Source of the DNA: Dysgonomonas sp. | GTDB lineage: Bacteria; Bacteroidota; Bacteroidia; Bacteroidales; Dysgonomonadaceae | Reading direction: 5' to 3' | Length of the DNA: 64,000 bases | Assembly (NCBI GenBank): GCA_047606265.1 | Contig: JASGEQ010000007.1 | Coordinates: forward strand, 48,941-112,940 | In this document: in pieces, positions 21,156-31,062 of the stretch | Numbering within the stretch: the first letter of the stretch is position 1 | Layout: every line of letters begins with the position of its first letter | The notes under the pieces: model-generated | Told to the model about the DNA's origin: nothing | Databases searched by the model: none | Seen by the model: only the letters and a program-made list of their open reading frames with translations | Translations under genes and position numbers: made by a program

Positions 21156-22817
21156 TTAAGGATTTTGAGGAATTCCACTAGTTGTTATTTCATCCAGAGG
21201 AATTAAATATTGCAACCTGTTATCTGTAGGTTCTACCACTTCCCAAGTTTGTACACCAGAGTACCTTCTATCCAAAGAGAGTTTATTGCGATAGATGTCA
21301 AATGCACGGTGCCCTTCGAAGGAAAGTTCCAGCCGGCGCTCGTCTAAAACAACATCCAAAACATTTGTATAGCCTTGCATATTAGTTTTACTAAACAACT
21401 GGTTGCCCGACAAACCTGCCCGCTTACGGATTACATTCACATCCTCAAGAGCTTTATCTGTGTTATTTGTTTTTGCATAAGCCTCAGCCCTATTCAAAAT
21501 GACCTCAGCCCAACGAAGCATAACCGGAGAACTAAGCATTGGATCGCCATCCTGATAAGAGAACTTGGTAACGAAATATTTAGGCCATCCATAACGGTTC
21601 TCCATTTTCAAAGATAGCCTTACCCTTAGTTTTGCTCCATTAAGATTGATGTAGTTTTGCTCATATCCGTTAACAATCTCTTTCTCAACATATACCTTAG
21701 AAGATCCTTCCATGAAGTAATATTTATCCACATCTGTATCGAAAGTAACATCCCTCAACTCATTCTGGTAAAAATCTTCATCACCGGGAATAGCCCAACG
21801 TATCATGTAATTAGTTTCCGATATAGTCTTGGGCTTAATAAACCTATTACGTAAATCGTTTTTATTTCTGTCAAGCAAGTCTAAAATAGGATCGGATGCG
21901 TAGATCTCTCCCCAGCCTTGCCCATCTGTCAGATACATCGACCCGATTGAAGATGCTCCGCGAGACTCCCTGGCTGTATGAGCTACAGCCCAAAGTGTTT
22001 CTACTGAATTAAGTGCATTTGCGAAATAATCAGGATAAGTATTTGATGGCTCTAGTTTTGATTCAGGAGCGCTTCCCCCTAACATGTCATTTACAATACT
22101 AATTACCTTATCATTTTCCCCCATATACAGATATACACGGCTCAATAATCCCTGAGCAGCTTCTTTAGAAATATAGCCTGCGTTTCCACGGCGAGAGCCT
22201 TGGCTCATCAACCTGATCGCATTTTCAAGGTCGGAAACAATCAGATCATAAACCTCACCTACTGTTGCGCGCTTTGTTTCGGTATCACTTGCACTTTTCC
22301 TCAATACAATCCCCATATTATCACGCCCGAAGGAATAATGTTTAGACCATAGCGTTGAGAAGTGGAAATTTACTATTGCCCGAATAAAATAGTTTTCTCC
22401 CTTCAGATAATCAGCTTCTACACTCACACCATCCTGAACCGATTCAATCACAGAGTTGGCTCCATTGATTATTTTATAGCCACACCACCACAAATAACTT
22501 ATATTATACAAGTTCGCAGCACGTTTATAAGTCAAAGCTTCATACAAAGGGTCGCTTGTACGGCCTGCCAGACATACATTATCTCCAATAAACTCAGACA
22601 TCTGAAAATAGTGGCGCACATATGTATTTCCGGTATATGTTTGTCCCATATACACCATCTGGTCTTTAAACATTGCATAGTCTCCTTCGGTAATGTATTC
22701 TGCGCTGGAAGGGTCCTGTTCCACTTGTTCAGGCGTTAATTTATCATTAGGCAAATAATCCATTTCACATGAGATCATTGACAATGTCACAACTATTAGT
22801 ATAATTATTTTTCTCAT
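21156..22817 (-). CDS. susD: RagB/SusD lipoprotein
   Basis: Lipobox SMISC; LRWAEVILNRAEA, VLDERRLELSFEGHRAFD; ATG at 22817. Confidence 0.95.
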   Translation of the reverse strand: MRKIIILIVVTLSMISCEMDYLPNDKLTPEQVEQDPSSAEYITEGDYAMFKDQMVYMGQTYTGNTYVRHYFQMSEFIGDNVCLAGRTSDPLYEALTYKRAANLYNISYLWWCGYKIINGANSVIESVQDGVSVEADYLKGENYFIRAIVNFHFSTLWSKHYSFGRDNMGIVLRKSASDTETKRATVGEVYDLIVSDLENAIRLMSQGSRRGNAGYISKEAAQGLLSRVYLYMGENDKVISIVNDMLGGSAPESKLEPSNTYPDYFANALNSVETLWAVAHTARESRGASSIGSMYLTDGQGWGEIYASDPILDLLDRNKNDLRNRFIKPKTISETNYMIRWAIPGDEDFYQNELRDVTFDTDVDKYYFMEGSSKVYVEKEIVNGYEQNYINLNGAKLRVRLSLKMENRYGWPKYFVTKFSYQDGDPMLSSPVMLRWAEVILNRAEAYAKTNNTDKALEDVNVIRKRAGLSGNQLFSKTNMQGYTNVLDVVLDERRLELSFEGHRAFDIYRNKLSLDRRYSGVQTWEVVEPTDNRLQYLIPLDEITTSGIPQNP

Positions 22818-22833
22818 AACAGTATTATTGCTT

Positions 22834-25815
22834 TTAAAAATTAATATCAATACCAAATATAAATTGGCGGCTTATAGGATAACTCTCCGTATATAAACCC
22901 GGTAGGCTCCAGTCTCCTTTTCTCATATTTACTTCGGGATCTGTTCCCGAAAATTTAGTAAACGTCAGAGGATTATCTACTGACACAAAGAGTTTACATG
23001 ACTGCATTTTTAATTTTTCAGTCCATTTCTTTTGTAAATTATATGACAGGGTAATATTTCTTATCCGCAAGAAGCTTCCATCTTCAAGATAACGCGACGA
23101 CGTCTTGTTAGAATTTTTATTACCATTCATTACTAATCTGGGATGAGTTGCAACATCCCCGGGTTTCTCCCAACGATTCCATCCCGATTTCAAACTCATC
23201 ATATTATAACCCAAATATGCTCCATCCGAATCGTATTTCTCACGAGTATAGTTGTATACATCATTTCCATAAACAAAATTGCCTGTAATATGCAACCCTA
23301 TACCTTTGTATTCAATCGTATTGGAAAAACCTCCGGAGAATTTAGGAGTAGCCTTTCCTACAACCTGCAAATCGGCTTGAGCATAATCATTAGTACCTTC
23401 ACTCCCTATTACATTTCCGTTTTCATCTTTGATTAATTTTTCCCAAACAGGATCACCATTTACATAGTCAACACCAAGCCATTTTGGCATATACCAACTG
23501 TAGATATCTTGTCCGTTTTTTACCTGTTGAGCCACTGATGTGCTTCCATATTTTTGCAGGAAACTCTCATTGTTCGGCAATGACATCACTTTGTTCTTAT
23601 TGAGTCCTATATTAAAAGAAGTAACCCATGTAAAATCTTTCGTCTTTATATTTTCTGAACTAATTTGTATTTCAAGGCCTCTGTTTCTTACACTTCCGGC
23701 ATTTTCCATCCTTTCATAAAAACCTGTACTGGTCGGTTTAGGCACAAGCAATAATAGATCCTTATTCTCAATATTATATACATCCAAATTCAGATGTAAT
23801 CTTTTCCAGAAACTTATATCGACACCGACACCCGACATATGAGCAGATTCCCATGCCAGCTGCGGGTTTGCAAGCCTTTCCGATATGGCCCCTACTTTAT
23901 CTTGATAACTCGAATTAAGTGCATATATCGCCATTGTTCTGAAAAGGTCTATATTGGAATTACCTGTTACACCATAACTAGCCCTAAGCTTTAGGAAAGA
24001 AATAATATTATTTCCCTTTAAAAATCCCTCATTGTTTATCAGCCACGAGCCGGCGACTGAAGGAAAGTATCCGGTACGTGTATCTTTTCCAAACCGGGAA
24101 TTAGTATCGGCTCTTAAAGATGCAGTAAGGAAATATTTATTCATATAGCTATATTGAACCTGGCCAAAAGCCGACCACGATGCAGACCGGTATTTATAGC
24201 CATCAACAGAAAAAGGCGTTGTTGAGCTCAACCCATCCATACCTCCGGGCATACCTGTACCCGCAGCTCCCGTAAAGTCATCAACTCCTCTTCCAAACTC
24301 AAGTCCTAACATGCTAGAGAAAGAGTGATCTCCAAAATTATTATTAGTCTTCAATAAATTGGTAGATCCCCATGAAGAATACATTCCAATATTATTGAGT
24401 AAATATCCATTTGCATACTCCGGATCTATTGTTCTAGGATCAATATATCTTGAATATTTATAATTACTTCTCGCTGCACGGTTAGACGTAGAGATTGACA
24501 ACCAATCTAATATATTCCAGTTTAACTGGAAATCGGCAACTAAATCCTGAGCTTTATTTCTCGCATAATTATATTGTTCATTAAAAAGAAAATTCCGCTT
24601 ATCCTGAGTATACCAAGGCAACCCATTATCAGGACGGGTATCACCATTGATTTTCACTAAATTGCCATTCTCATCATAAGGATTATCCCACGGCATACTT
24701 CCGTAAGCACCTTCCAGATTGATATAACTTGAGGCTTCACGCCTATGACTTTCAGTATAATTGATACGAATATTCATATCAACATTACTTGCCAGCTTAC
24801 TATTCAGATTTAAACGAGATGAGATTCTATCAAACTTCGTATTTTTCAATGTTCCATCTTCTTTATAATAATCTACGCTGGCAAAATAACCAAGTTTTCC
24901 TGTACTACCTGCGGCAGACAGATAGTAGTTTTGAATGTTTCCGGTTTGAAAAGCAGCATCGAGCCAATCAAAATCTCTATCTCTCAGCTCTTCCGGACGT
25001 TGGCTGGGAAGAGTTGCCTCAGGAAATAACTGAGCGTGGACATCATAGATTTCAGCACCATTCATCATACTAAAATTTCCTTGCAAGGCATTCTTAAAAC
25101 CGAAGTTTGTCTTAAAATTAATTTTTGTCGGCTGATCCTGTCCGGCTCTTTTCGTCGTAACAACAATTACCCCTCCGGCAGCAGCAGCACCATACAAAGC
25201 AGTAGCACCTGCGTCTTTTAGTACAGTAACGGTTTCTACGTCATTAGGATTAAACGAACCTCCTGGTATTCCGTCAACCACAAAGAGCGGATCAGATTGA
25301 GCAGAGATTGATCCTGCTCCCCGAATTTGTATAACCGCTGCCGAACCCGGTTGCCCCGAGGAATTGGAGATCATAACCCCTGCAACCTTACCCTGCAACA
25401 TATTTCCTATATCAGACGTAGTTACATCTGTCACCTGATCGCCCTTTAGTGTAACGACTGCACTGGAAAGTTCCGCTTTTTTCATGCTGGAATATCCCAA
25501 TACAACAATGTCTTCTAAAATATTAGTCTCCGGCGAAAGGATTACATCAATCTTATTCCTTCCTTTTATGAGCTCTTCCACTGATTGAAAGCTTATGTAA
25601 GAAAAGACCAATGTTGCGTTAGCATCGGCAGTGATAGTATAATTACCATCGATATCTGAGATAGCCGAGATAGTTGTCCCCTTGACTTTTACAGTAGCCC
25701 CGATTAGAGGCTCCTTATCTTCCGCCGAGATAATCTTGCCTTCTACTCTGATAGATTGGGCCGAAGATAAAAGTGGTAGACAAGTCAAACATAAAATCAG
25801 TATTAAATTTTTCAT
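22834..25815 (-). CDS. susC: SusC/RagA TonB-dependent receptor
   Basis: CarboxypepD-like N-terminus, VLKDAGATALYGAAAAGGVIVVTTK plug, YLEDGSFLRIRNITLSY, terminal F. Confidence 0.96.
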   Translation of the reverse strand: MKNLILILCLTCLPLLSSAQSIRVEGKIISAEDKEPLIGATVKVKGTTISAISDIDGNYTITADANATLVFSYISFQSVEELIKGRNKIDVILSPETNILEDIVVLGYSSMKKAELSSAVVTLKGDQVTDVTTSDIGNMLQGKVAGVMISNSSGQPGSAAVIQIRGAGSISAQSDPLFVVDGIPGGSFNPNDVETVTVLKDAGATALYGAAAAGGVIVVTTKRAGQDQPTKINFKTNFGFKNALQGNFSMMNGAEIYDVHAQLFPEATLPSQRPEELRDRDFDWLDAAFQTGNIQNYYLSAAGSTGKLGYFASVDYYKEDGTLKNTKFDRISSRLNLNSKLASNVDMNIRINYTESHRREASSYINLEGAYGSMPWDNPYDENGNLVKINGDTRPDNGLPWYTQDKRNFLFNEQYNYARNKAQDLVADFQLNWNILDWLSISTSNRAARSNYKYSRYIDPRTIDPEYANGYLLNNIGMYSSWGSTNLLKTNNNFGDHSFSSMLGLEFGRGVDDFTGAAGTGMPGGMDGLSSTTPFSVDGYKYRSASWSAFGQVQYSYMNKYFLTASLRADTNSRFGKDTRTGYFPSVAGSWLINNEGFLKGNNIISFLKLRASYGVTGNSNIDLFRTMAIYALNSSYQDKVGAISERLANPQLAWESAHMSGVGVDISFWKRLHLNLDVYNIENKDLLLLVPKPTSTGFYERMENAGSVRNRGLEIQISSENIKTKDFTWVTSFNIGLNKNKVMSLPNNESFLQKYGSTSVAQQVKNGQDIYSWYMPKWLGVDYVNGDPVWEKLIKDENGNVIGSEGTNDYAQADLQVVGKATPKFSGGFSNTIEYKGIGLHITGNFVYGNDVYNYTREKYDSDGAYLGYNMMSLKSGWNRWEKPGDVATHPRLVMNGNKNSNKTSSRYLEDGSFLRIRNITLSYNLQKKWTEKLKMQSCKLFVSVDNPLTFTKFSGTDPEVNMRKGDWSLPGLYTESYPISRQFIFGIDINF

Positions 25816-25884
25816 AGAACAGCATTTAATATTAGATTAATCAATTAACATACGCCAACCTTAAAAATTGGCTTTACCAATAAA

Positions 25885-25892
25885 CAAAGATA
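25885..25892 (-). promoter_or_regulatory. -7 promoter box for the susC operon
   Basis: TATCTTTG, 69 nt upstream of susC; no canonical TTTG -33 box, consistent with activator dependence. Confidence 0.6.
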
Positions 25893-25994
25893 TTCCTGAG
25901 AGCACAAGGAGACTTGCCTTATTGTAATTATTTCTTGTCATATTATACATAAATCTGTAACATACAGATTCGTGAACTAAGATACATAACAAAG

Positions 25995-26025
25995 AAAAAG
26001 ACTTACGGTTATCGTAAGTCTTTTT
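25995..26025 (-). terminator. Intrinsic terminator after the DUF3471-like gene
   Basis: AAAAAGACTTACG-5 nt-CGTAAGTCTTTTT. Confidence 0.85.
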
Positions 26026-26058
26026 ACATCCTGTAAAATTTTCAATTCGTCAAGAAAA

Positions 26059-26454
26059 TTATTTCTGACTAATATTTTTTTCGGTGAGAGCATCGCCCTC
26101 AGATTCTTTTTTCTCTTCTTTCTGAGCCTCCAGGCTAACAATCCCGGCCATCGGTATGGTTACCTTAAAACCCTGAATTTTATCCGAGTCATCTCGGATA
26201 AAAATAATAGTACCTCCATATTGAGGCATAGTGAACATTTCTTTCTCAAGATACTCTAAATTACTCTCTCCTATTGATGCCGAAATATTTAATGTAGTAT
26301 CATTGACAACTGATACAACTGCATCTTCGGCAAGACTACCGGCAGGGAAAATATATCGCCCTGTATATTCCTGCAAATTCAATTTAGTTTGTGCATTCAA
26401 GGTCGTGAATACAACTGATAACGTAATAAGCAATAGTATTTTTCTCATATTCAT
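26059..26454 (-). CDS. Small exported protein, DUF3471-like
   Basis: Signal peptide ending LNA-Q; LQEYTGRY...IIFIRDDSDKIQGF pattern; 5 nt after the receptor stop. Confidence 0.5.
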   Translation of the reverse strand: MNMRKILLLITLSVVFTTLNAQTKLNLQEYTGRYIFPAGSLAEDAVVSVVNDTTLNISASIGESNLEYLEKEMFTMPQYGGTIIFIRDDSDKIQGFKVTIPMAGIVSLEAQKEEKKESEGDALTEKNISQK

Positions 26455-26459
26455 ATTAT

Positions 26460-29153
26460 TTAAAATCCTACTTTAATTTGTACACCAAACTGGCTTGGGC
26501 TGCCACCTATAAATGTAGGCATGCCAATTGTATTACCGCTATTACCTGCATCTATAATATATTTCTTATCAAGGGCATTTTTTCCATAAGTGCTAATCTC
26601 ACAATATGCTTCTTTATTCAACTTAAATCCAACTCCGGCAGTATAGTTGAATAAGCCATAGCCATCCTGGCTTAGCAACTCCGCATTCTCATCTTCAAAA
26701 TATACCTGCGATTTGTAAGAATAGGCCGGACGAAAGAATATTGTTTGCCCTGTCCGCAGTGGAATAGTAGCATCTACTCCCACTGAAAATGTATGCTTTG
26801 GCGTAAGGCGGAAGCGATTGCCCGCATATTCCTGAGGGTTTCCATCTTCATCCTTTTCATTGAATTTACCATCAATATATGCATAATTGGCAAATGCACT
26901 TAATTGAGGAAAAAAACGGTATCTCAATCCTGTTTCGATTCCGAAGCTATGAGCCTTTCCTGCATCATCTGCCTGATATTGAGGAGTAAGGCTGCCCTCT
27001 ATTGTTTTTAAAGAGGTTGTCTGAAAATGATTCCAGTCATAATAAAACATCGTAAAGTCATAATTAAGGCTTCCTTTCAGCACGTTACCTTTTATTCCGG
27101 TTTCGTAGCTCCAGATAATTTCAGGTTGGAGATAAGTTGTCTGAGAAGGTAATATACTAACTACCCCCGGACGTCTTCCCCGTGAAACACTTGCATAAAT
27201 ATTGTTCCGGCTAAACATATAATTCAAAGCCAAACGTCCGACATAAGAGAAATAATCTTTAGAAGCCGAGATTTTTCCATCCGAAACAGGATTCAATAAA
27301 TTAGGAGAACCATTCATTAACTGACCAAATATACTGGGCTGTGACGATGCCGCAGCTTCATACGATCCTTTCTGATTCTCATAACTCAACCTGAAACCAG
27401 CAGTAAGACCTAATCGCGAAGTTATTTTATATGTACCATCAGCAAAGAACTCAGCAGCATTATTTATACCTGTATTTTTTGAAAATTCTTCGTGATATGC
27501 ATTAATAGGATGTTTTGACAATAAATCAATTGTTCCTATAAGTTGTTGCCGGGTAGCTGCGGGCAAACCTGCAAATATTTGTTCCAACTTAAGAGGCATA
27601 CCCATCTGAGCACTGAATACCTGCTCCAGTGTAGCTCTGATATCGGGTATATTAGTTACATAATTGGGTTTACCATCTGTCAATGTAGGAATAGAAGGAA
27701 ATAGCATATTTGCAATACCTGCAATCTGCTCTTCCGATAAGAATCCGGTTGCTGCAAATTGTTCGGTCAGCATCTTTTTCAATACAGGTGAAATATAAGC
27801 AGGATAAAGGCTTTGCTCATTGATTCTCATAGGTACTTCCTGCGAATTATTTTCATAAAAATAACTTGCTCCTATAAAACCCGAGAAATTTTCTTTATTA
27901 TCATAATTAAACCTGAACTCCTGACTCAATTGTGTACCCTTAGCTTTTTCCGATACCCAAAGGATAGGAGCAGCAGTACCATCAGCATCAAAAGACTCAT
28001 CCGAATCGAATGCACGGAATCCCGATATAGATGAAAACTTCCAATTAGGATTGATCGTATGGTCTATCAACAGGCCGGCACCTCCCACATTTCTTTTTAT
28101 ATACAAATTTTTGCCTTGTTCCAGATCAGCCATTGTATTCGGGTCTGTATTACCTCCGGCCGGAGCATATTGCCCGTTTTTGAAAGATGTTCCGGGATAG
28201 TTATCGTGCTGGTAATCGAGAATAAGATCAGCTATTGTTTTTTCGCCGCCAAACAAACGGGTCGAATTTCTGATCGCCCATGTATTTTTCCCATTCAGGT
28301 CTCCTCCTGAAAGGTTCTTTATAAAACCATCCCTGTCATTATAATTGAATGAAAAACGATTCAATAGCCTATCTTTTACTATTGGAGTATTAACAAAACC
28401 TGTAACAAGCTTTTGATTATGGGTACCATACCCCAGTGTGACTTCTGCTCCTAAAGTATTAACGGGTTTATGACGAACAATATGCAATGCCCCAATCTCG
28501 GCTCCACGCCCGAAAAGCGTTCCCTGAGGGCCTTTTACAACTTCAATCCTTTCCAAGTCGAATAGTTCGACTACCGAGCCACGCGAGCGTGATATTGATA
28601 TACCATCCTGAAATACCGAAACCCTTGGTTGAGAGCGTGAATCTCCATCATCTGATGTTACGCCCCGAATTACATAACTTGGATTATTCGGGCTTTGCAG
28701 TTGCATCTGCATACCCGGAATATATTCGGATAATTCATCTAGCTGCTGAATATTTAATGCAGACAAGTTATTTCCCGACAAAGCACTTACTGCTGCCGGA
28801 ACCTCTATATTACTCTGGCTTCTCTTTTGAGTGGTCACTATCACCTCATTCAGTAATTTAGCATCTTCCTGCAAAACGACCTGCATATTGCTACTTGCTT
28901 GTACTTCTTTGGTTATATATCCCAAGAAAGAAAAAACAAGTATATCCTGATTCTTTACATTATCTAGACTGAATTGACCGTCGTGATTGCTACTAGTACC
29001 CAGCCTAGTCCCTTTTAAAACAACATTGACGCCTGCAAGAGCTTCACCCTTATCATCTAATACCTTTCCGGATACACCTTTCTGTTGTGCATTAAGAGAA
29101 AGATTCAAACAGGTAATGAATAGCAAGCTGAATAATAAACCAATATACTTCAT
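26460..29153 (-). CDS. TonB-dependent receptor (non-SusC type)
   Basis: DLERIEVVKGPQGTLFGRGAEIGA plug motif, terminal GVQIKVGF; no susD partner. Confidence 0.92.
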   Translation of the reverse strand: MKYIGLLFSLLFITCLNLSLNAQQKGVSGKVLDDKGEALAGVNVVLKGTRLGTSSNHDGQFSLDNVKNQDILVFSFLGYITKEVQASSNMQVVLQEDAKLLNEVIVTTQKRSQSNIEVPAAVSALSGNNLSALNIQQLDELSEYIPGMQMQLQSPNNPSYVIRGVTSDDGDSRSQPRVSVFQDGISISRSRGSVVELFDLERIEVVKGPQGTLFGRGAEIGALHIVRHKPVNTLGAEVTLGYGTHNQKLVTGFVNTPIVKDRLLNRFSFNYNDRDGFIKNLSGGDLNGKNTWAIRNSTRLFGGEKTIADLILDYQHDNYPGTSFKNGQYAPAGGNTDPNTMADLEQGKNLYIKRNVGGAGLLIDHTINPNWKFSSISGFRAFDSDESFDADGTAAPILWVSEKAKGTQLSQEFRFNYDNKENFSGFIGASYFYENNSQEVPMRINEQSLYPAYISPVLKKMLTEQFAATGFLSEEQIAGIANMLFPSIPTLTDGKPNYVTNIPDIRATLEQVFSAQMGMPLKLEQIFAGLPAATRQQLIGTIDLLSKHPINAYHEEFSKNTGINNAAEFFADGTYKITSRLGLTAGFRLSYENQKGSYEAAASSQPSIFGQLMNGSPNLLNPVSDGKISASKDYFSYVGRLALNYMFSRNNIYASVSRGRRPGVVSILPSQTTYLQPEIIWSYETGIKGNVLKGSLNYDFTMFYYDWNHFQTTSLKTIEGSLTPQYQADDAGKAHSFGIETGLRYRFFPQLSAFANYAYIDGKFNEKDEDGNPQEYAGNRFRLTPKHTFSVGVDATIPLRTGQTIFFRPAYSYKSQVYFEDENAELLSQDGYGLFNYTAGVGFKLNKEAYCEISTYGKNALDKKYIIDAGNSGNTIGMPTFIGGSPSQFGVQIKVGF

Positions 29154-29182
29154 AGTAAATATTTAATTTGTTATATACTAGT

Positions 29183-29228
29183 CAAAGCAACATAAATAGA
29201 ATTACCGCCAGATGAATGCCCGATTACA
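29183..29228 (-). promoter_or_regulatory. Promoter with three 11-bp-spaced Pho-box-like half sites and a degenerate -7 box
   Basis: Minus strand TGTAAT-N5-ATTCAT-N5-GGTAAT-N10-TTGCTTTG. Confidence 0.45.
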
Positions 29229-29258
29229 ATTCTGCTAATATTTTTTTCGCTTTGTAAC

Positions 29259-29291
29259 AAAAAAAATGAGCGGCTAATAATTAACCGCTCA
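29259..29291 (-). terminator. Intrinsic terminator after the phosphoesterase gene
   Basis: TGAGCGGTTAA-tta-TTAGCCGCTCA followed by a U-run on the minus strand. Confidence 0.85.
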
Positions 29292-29311
29292 CCTAAAAAG
29301 AATAGTGTTTT

Positions 29312-30892
29312 CTATTTTGGAAGTTCTTTGATCTGATATGAACTACTTTGGGTAAATACCCGCCCAAACATATCAGTAGCCCGGACTTCTATACGGTGTT
29401 CTCCAACAGGAAGGGTGCTCGGTATATTAGCTCTCCACAGGTGGCGACATATTTGTGCATTAGAAGGCCTGCGTACAGGTTTTACATTATCGGAATAGTC
29501 CCAATCTTGCATATAACGATAATAAGCAGGATCGTAATCATCTATTTTTACCATTTTTGTCCATGCACCATTATCTACACGATACTCAACAACATCGTTA
29601 TCACTTCCCATAAAAAAATTAGCATATATGCCCGATGTTATCCATCTCCCTTTATAGGGAACTACCTTCGGATTATATATCGATATCTGATAATCATCTG
29701 ATTTTCCAGCTACTTTATAATCTAATGTATATTGGTTCCCCTTTACATTTACGATAGCATAACCTTGAGGTGTGCCATCGCGCATAGTTGAAACAGGAAG
29801 GCCTTTTTCGTTGAGCACACCGGAGTACCAGTCTCCGCATGTTGTTCCCACATTATATTCATGGATTGGTTTTTCTCTATTAAGACCCGCATTTTTCCCT
29901 ATAAGATTATTGTATTGAATATGCGTATGGGCAGATAATACCAACACATTGGGATGATTATTTAACAGAGCATACAGCTGCTGGCGATCCGATTCTCTGA
30001 ATGCATCCTCATCCCTCTTATCGAACAATGGTATATGCATACTAATAATAAGCAGTTGATCGGGACTTACATATTTCAAGTCATTTTCTATAAATTTCAG
30101 TTGATCTTCCCTTAAGCCACCAAGATACCCTTTCCCCGTAACAGGGTTAGGATAAAGCACATCGTCCAATACGATAAAGTGAGCTTTTCCATAATTGAAA
30201 GAATAGTTTGCCGGACCAAAGTTAGATTCAAATGTTTCGTCCGAAAAGATATCTTCTTTCGCGTCATAATTCATATCGTGGTTACCTATAACATTGTACC
30301 AAGGCAAGTTCATTTGTTGTATCGCCTTCTTGTAAGATGCATGCAAATCAAGATTGTCTCCCACAAGGTCGCCTAACGTAATTCCAAAACTGATTCCTTC
30401 TCTCTTTTTGGCCTCATCAACAATACCTCTTGTGAAATATTCGACTTCCTGCTCTGAATAGGTTTGTGAATCACCGAATATAAAAGAAGAGAAAGTTTCC
30501 GGCTCATCATATTTAACGAGTCCAAAATCTATGGATGCGGGCAATTCTCCGGTCGGATCTACCCCTTTATAATGGGATAATGGAGAACCTTTTGGTTTAT
30601 ATATGTAATATGACTTCGGAAAATTGTATTCATTTACCGGGGACTTGTATCCTGTTGGTTTTATAACAAAAATAATATTATCATCGCCAACCGGCAGGCT
30701 GTATTTCCCATCTGCATCCGTCAGTACCACATCCATACCATTCGAAACGGCAACATTGGCTATTCCTTTCTCTTTTCGATCCTTTTTCCCATTGTTATTA
30801 TCATCAGCAAAAACATAGCCTTTTGCCATCTGCTGAGCCGACAAACCTGCCGAACTAATCAATATAAGTGCAACAAATAATACTTTTTTCAT
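29312..30892 (-). CDS. Secreted calcineurin-like metallophosphoesterase with N-terminal Cna/SdrD-B-like domain
   Basis: GDSQ, GDLV, GNHD, MHIP, AHTH metal motifs; signal peptide; GYVFADDNNNGKKD. Confidence 0.9.
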   Translation of the reverse strand: MKKVLFVALILISSAGLSAQQMAKGYVFADDNNNGKKDRKEKGIANVAVSNGMDVVLTDADGKYSLPVGDDNIIFVIKPTGYKSPVNEYNFPKSYYIYKPKGSPLSHYKGVDPTGELPASIDFGLVKYDEPETFSSFIFGDSQTYSEQEVEYFTRGIVDEAKKREGISFGITLGDLVGDNLDLHASYKKAIQQMNLPWYNVIGNHDMNYDAKEDIFSDETFESNFGPANYSFNYGKAHFIVLDDVLYPNPVTGKGYLGGLREDQLKFIENDLKYVSPDQLLIISMHIPLFDKRDEDAFRESDRQQLYALLNNHPNVLVLSAHTHIQYNNLIGKNAGLNREKPIHEYNVGTTCGDWYSGVLNEKGLPVSTMRDGTPQGYAIVNVKGNQYTLDYKVAGKSDDYQISIYNPKVVPYKGRWITSGIYANFFMGSDNDVVEYRVDNGAWTKMVKIDDYDPAYYRYMQDWDYSDNVKPVRRPSNAQICRHLWRANIPSTLPVGEHRIEVRATDMFGRVFTQSSSYQIKELPK

Positions 30893-30979
30893 AAAACAGC
30901 GTTAATATACTTAATGAAGATAATAAATTAAAACACCTCATTATCGGGAATTAACAGAATAAGTTCCGATAACGGATCG

Positions 30980-31014
30980 TAAAAGTAGGGTGTAATAATT
31001 ACAACACCGTTACG
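30980..31014 (-). promoter_or_regulatory. Promoter with two 11-bp-spaced Pho-box-like half sites and a degenerate -7 box
   Basis: Minus strand CGTAAC-N5-TGTAAT-N10-TACTTTTA. Confidence 0.45.
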
Positions 31015-31062
31015 AAATCAATAATAAAGCGAGGAGAAAATATATTGTGTTCAATATGCTAC

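Noticed and set aside
30970-31015. Invertible promoter flanked by TAACGG/CCGTTA
   Set aside because: The repeats are only 6 bp, the segment is very short and no recombinase is nearby; direct-repeat regulator sites explain it better
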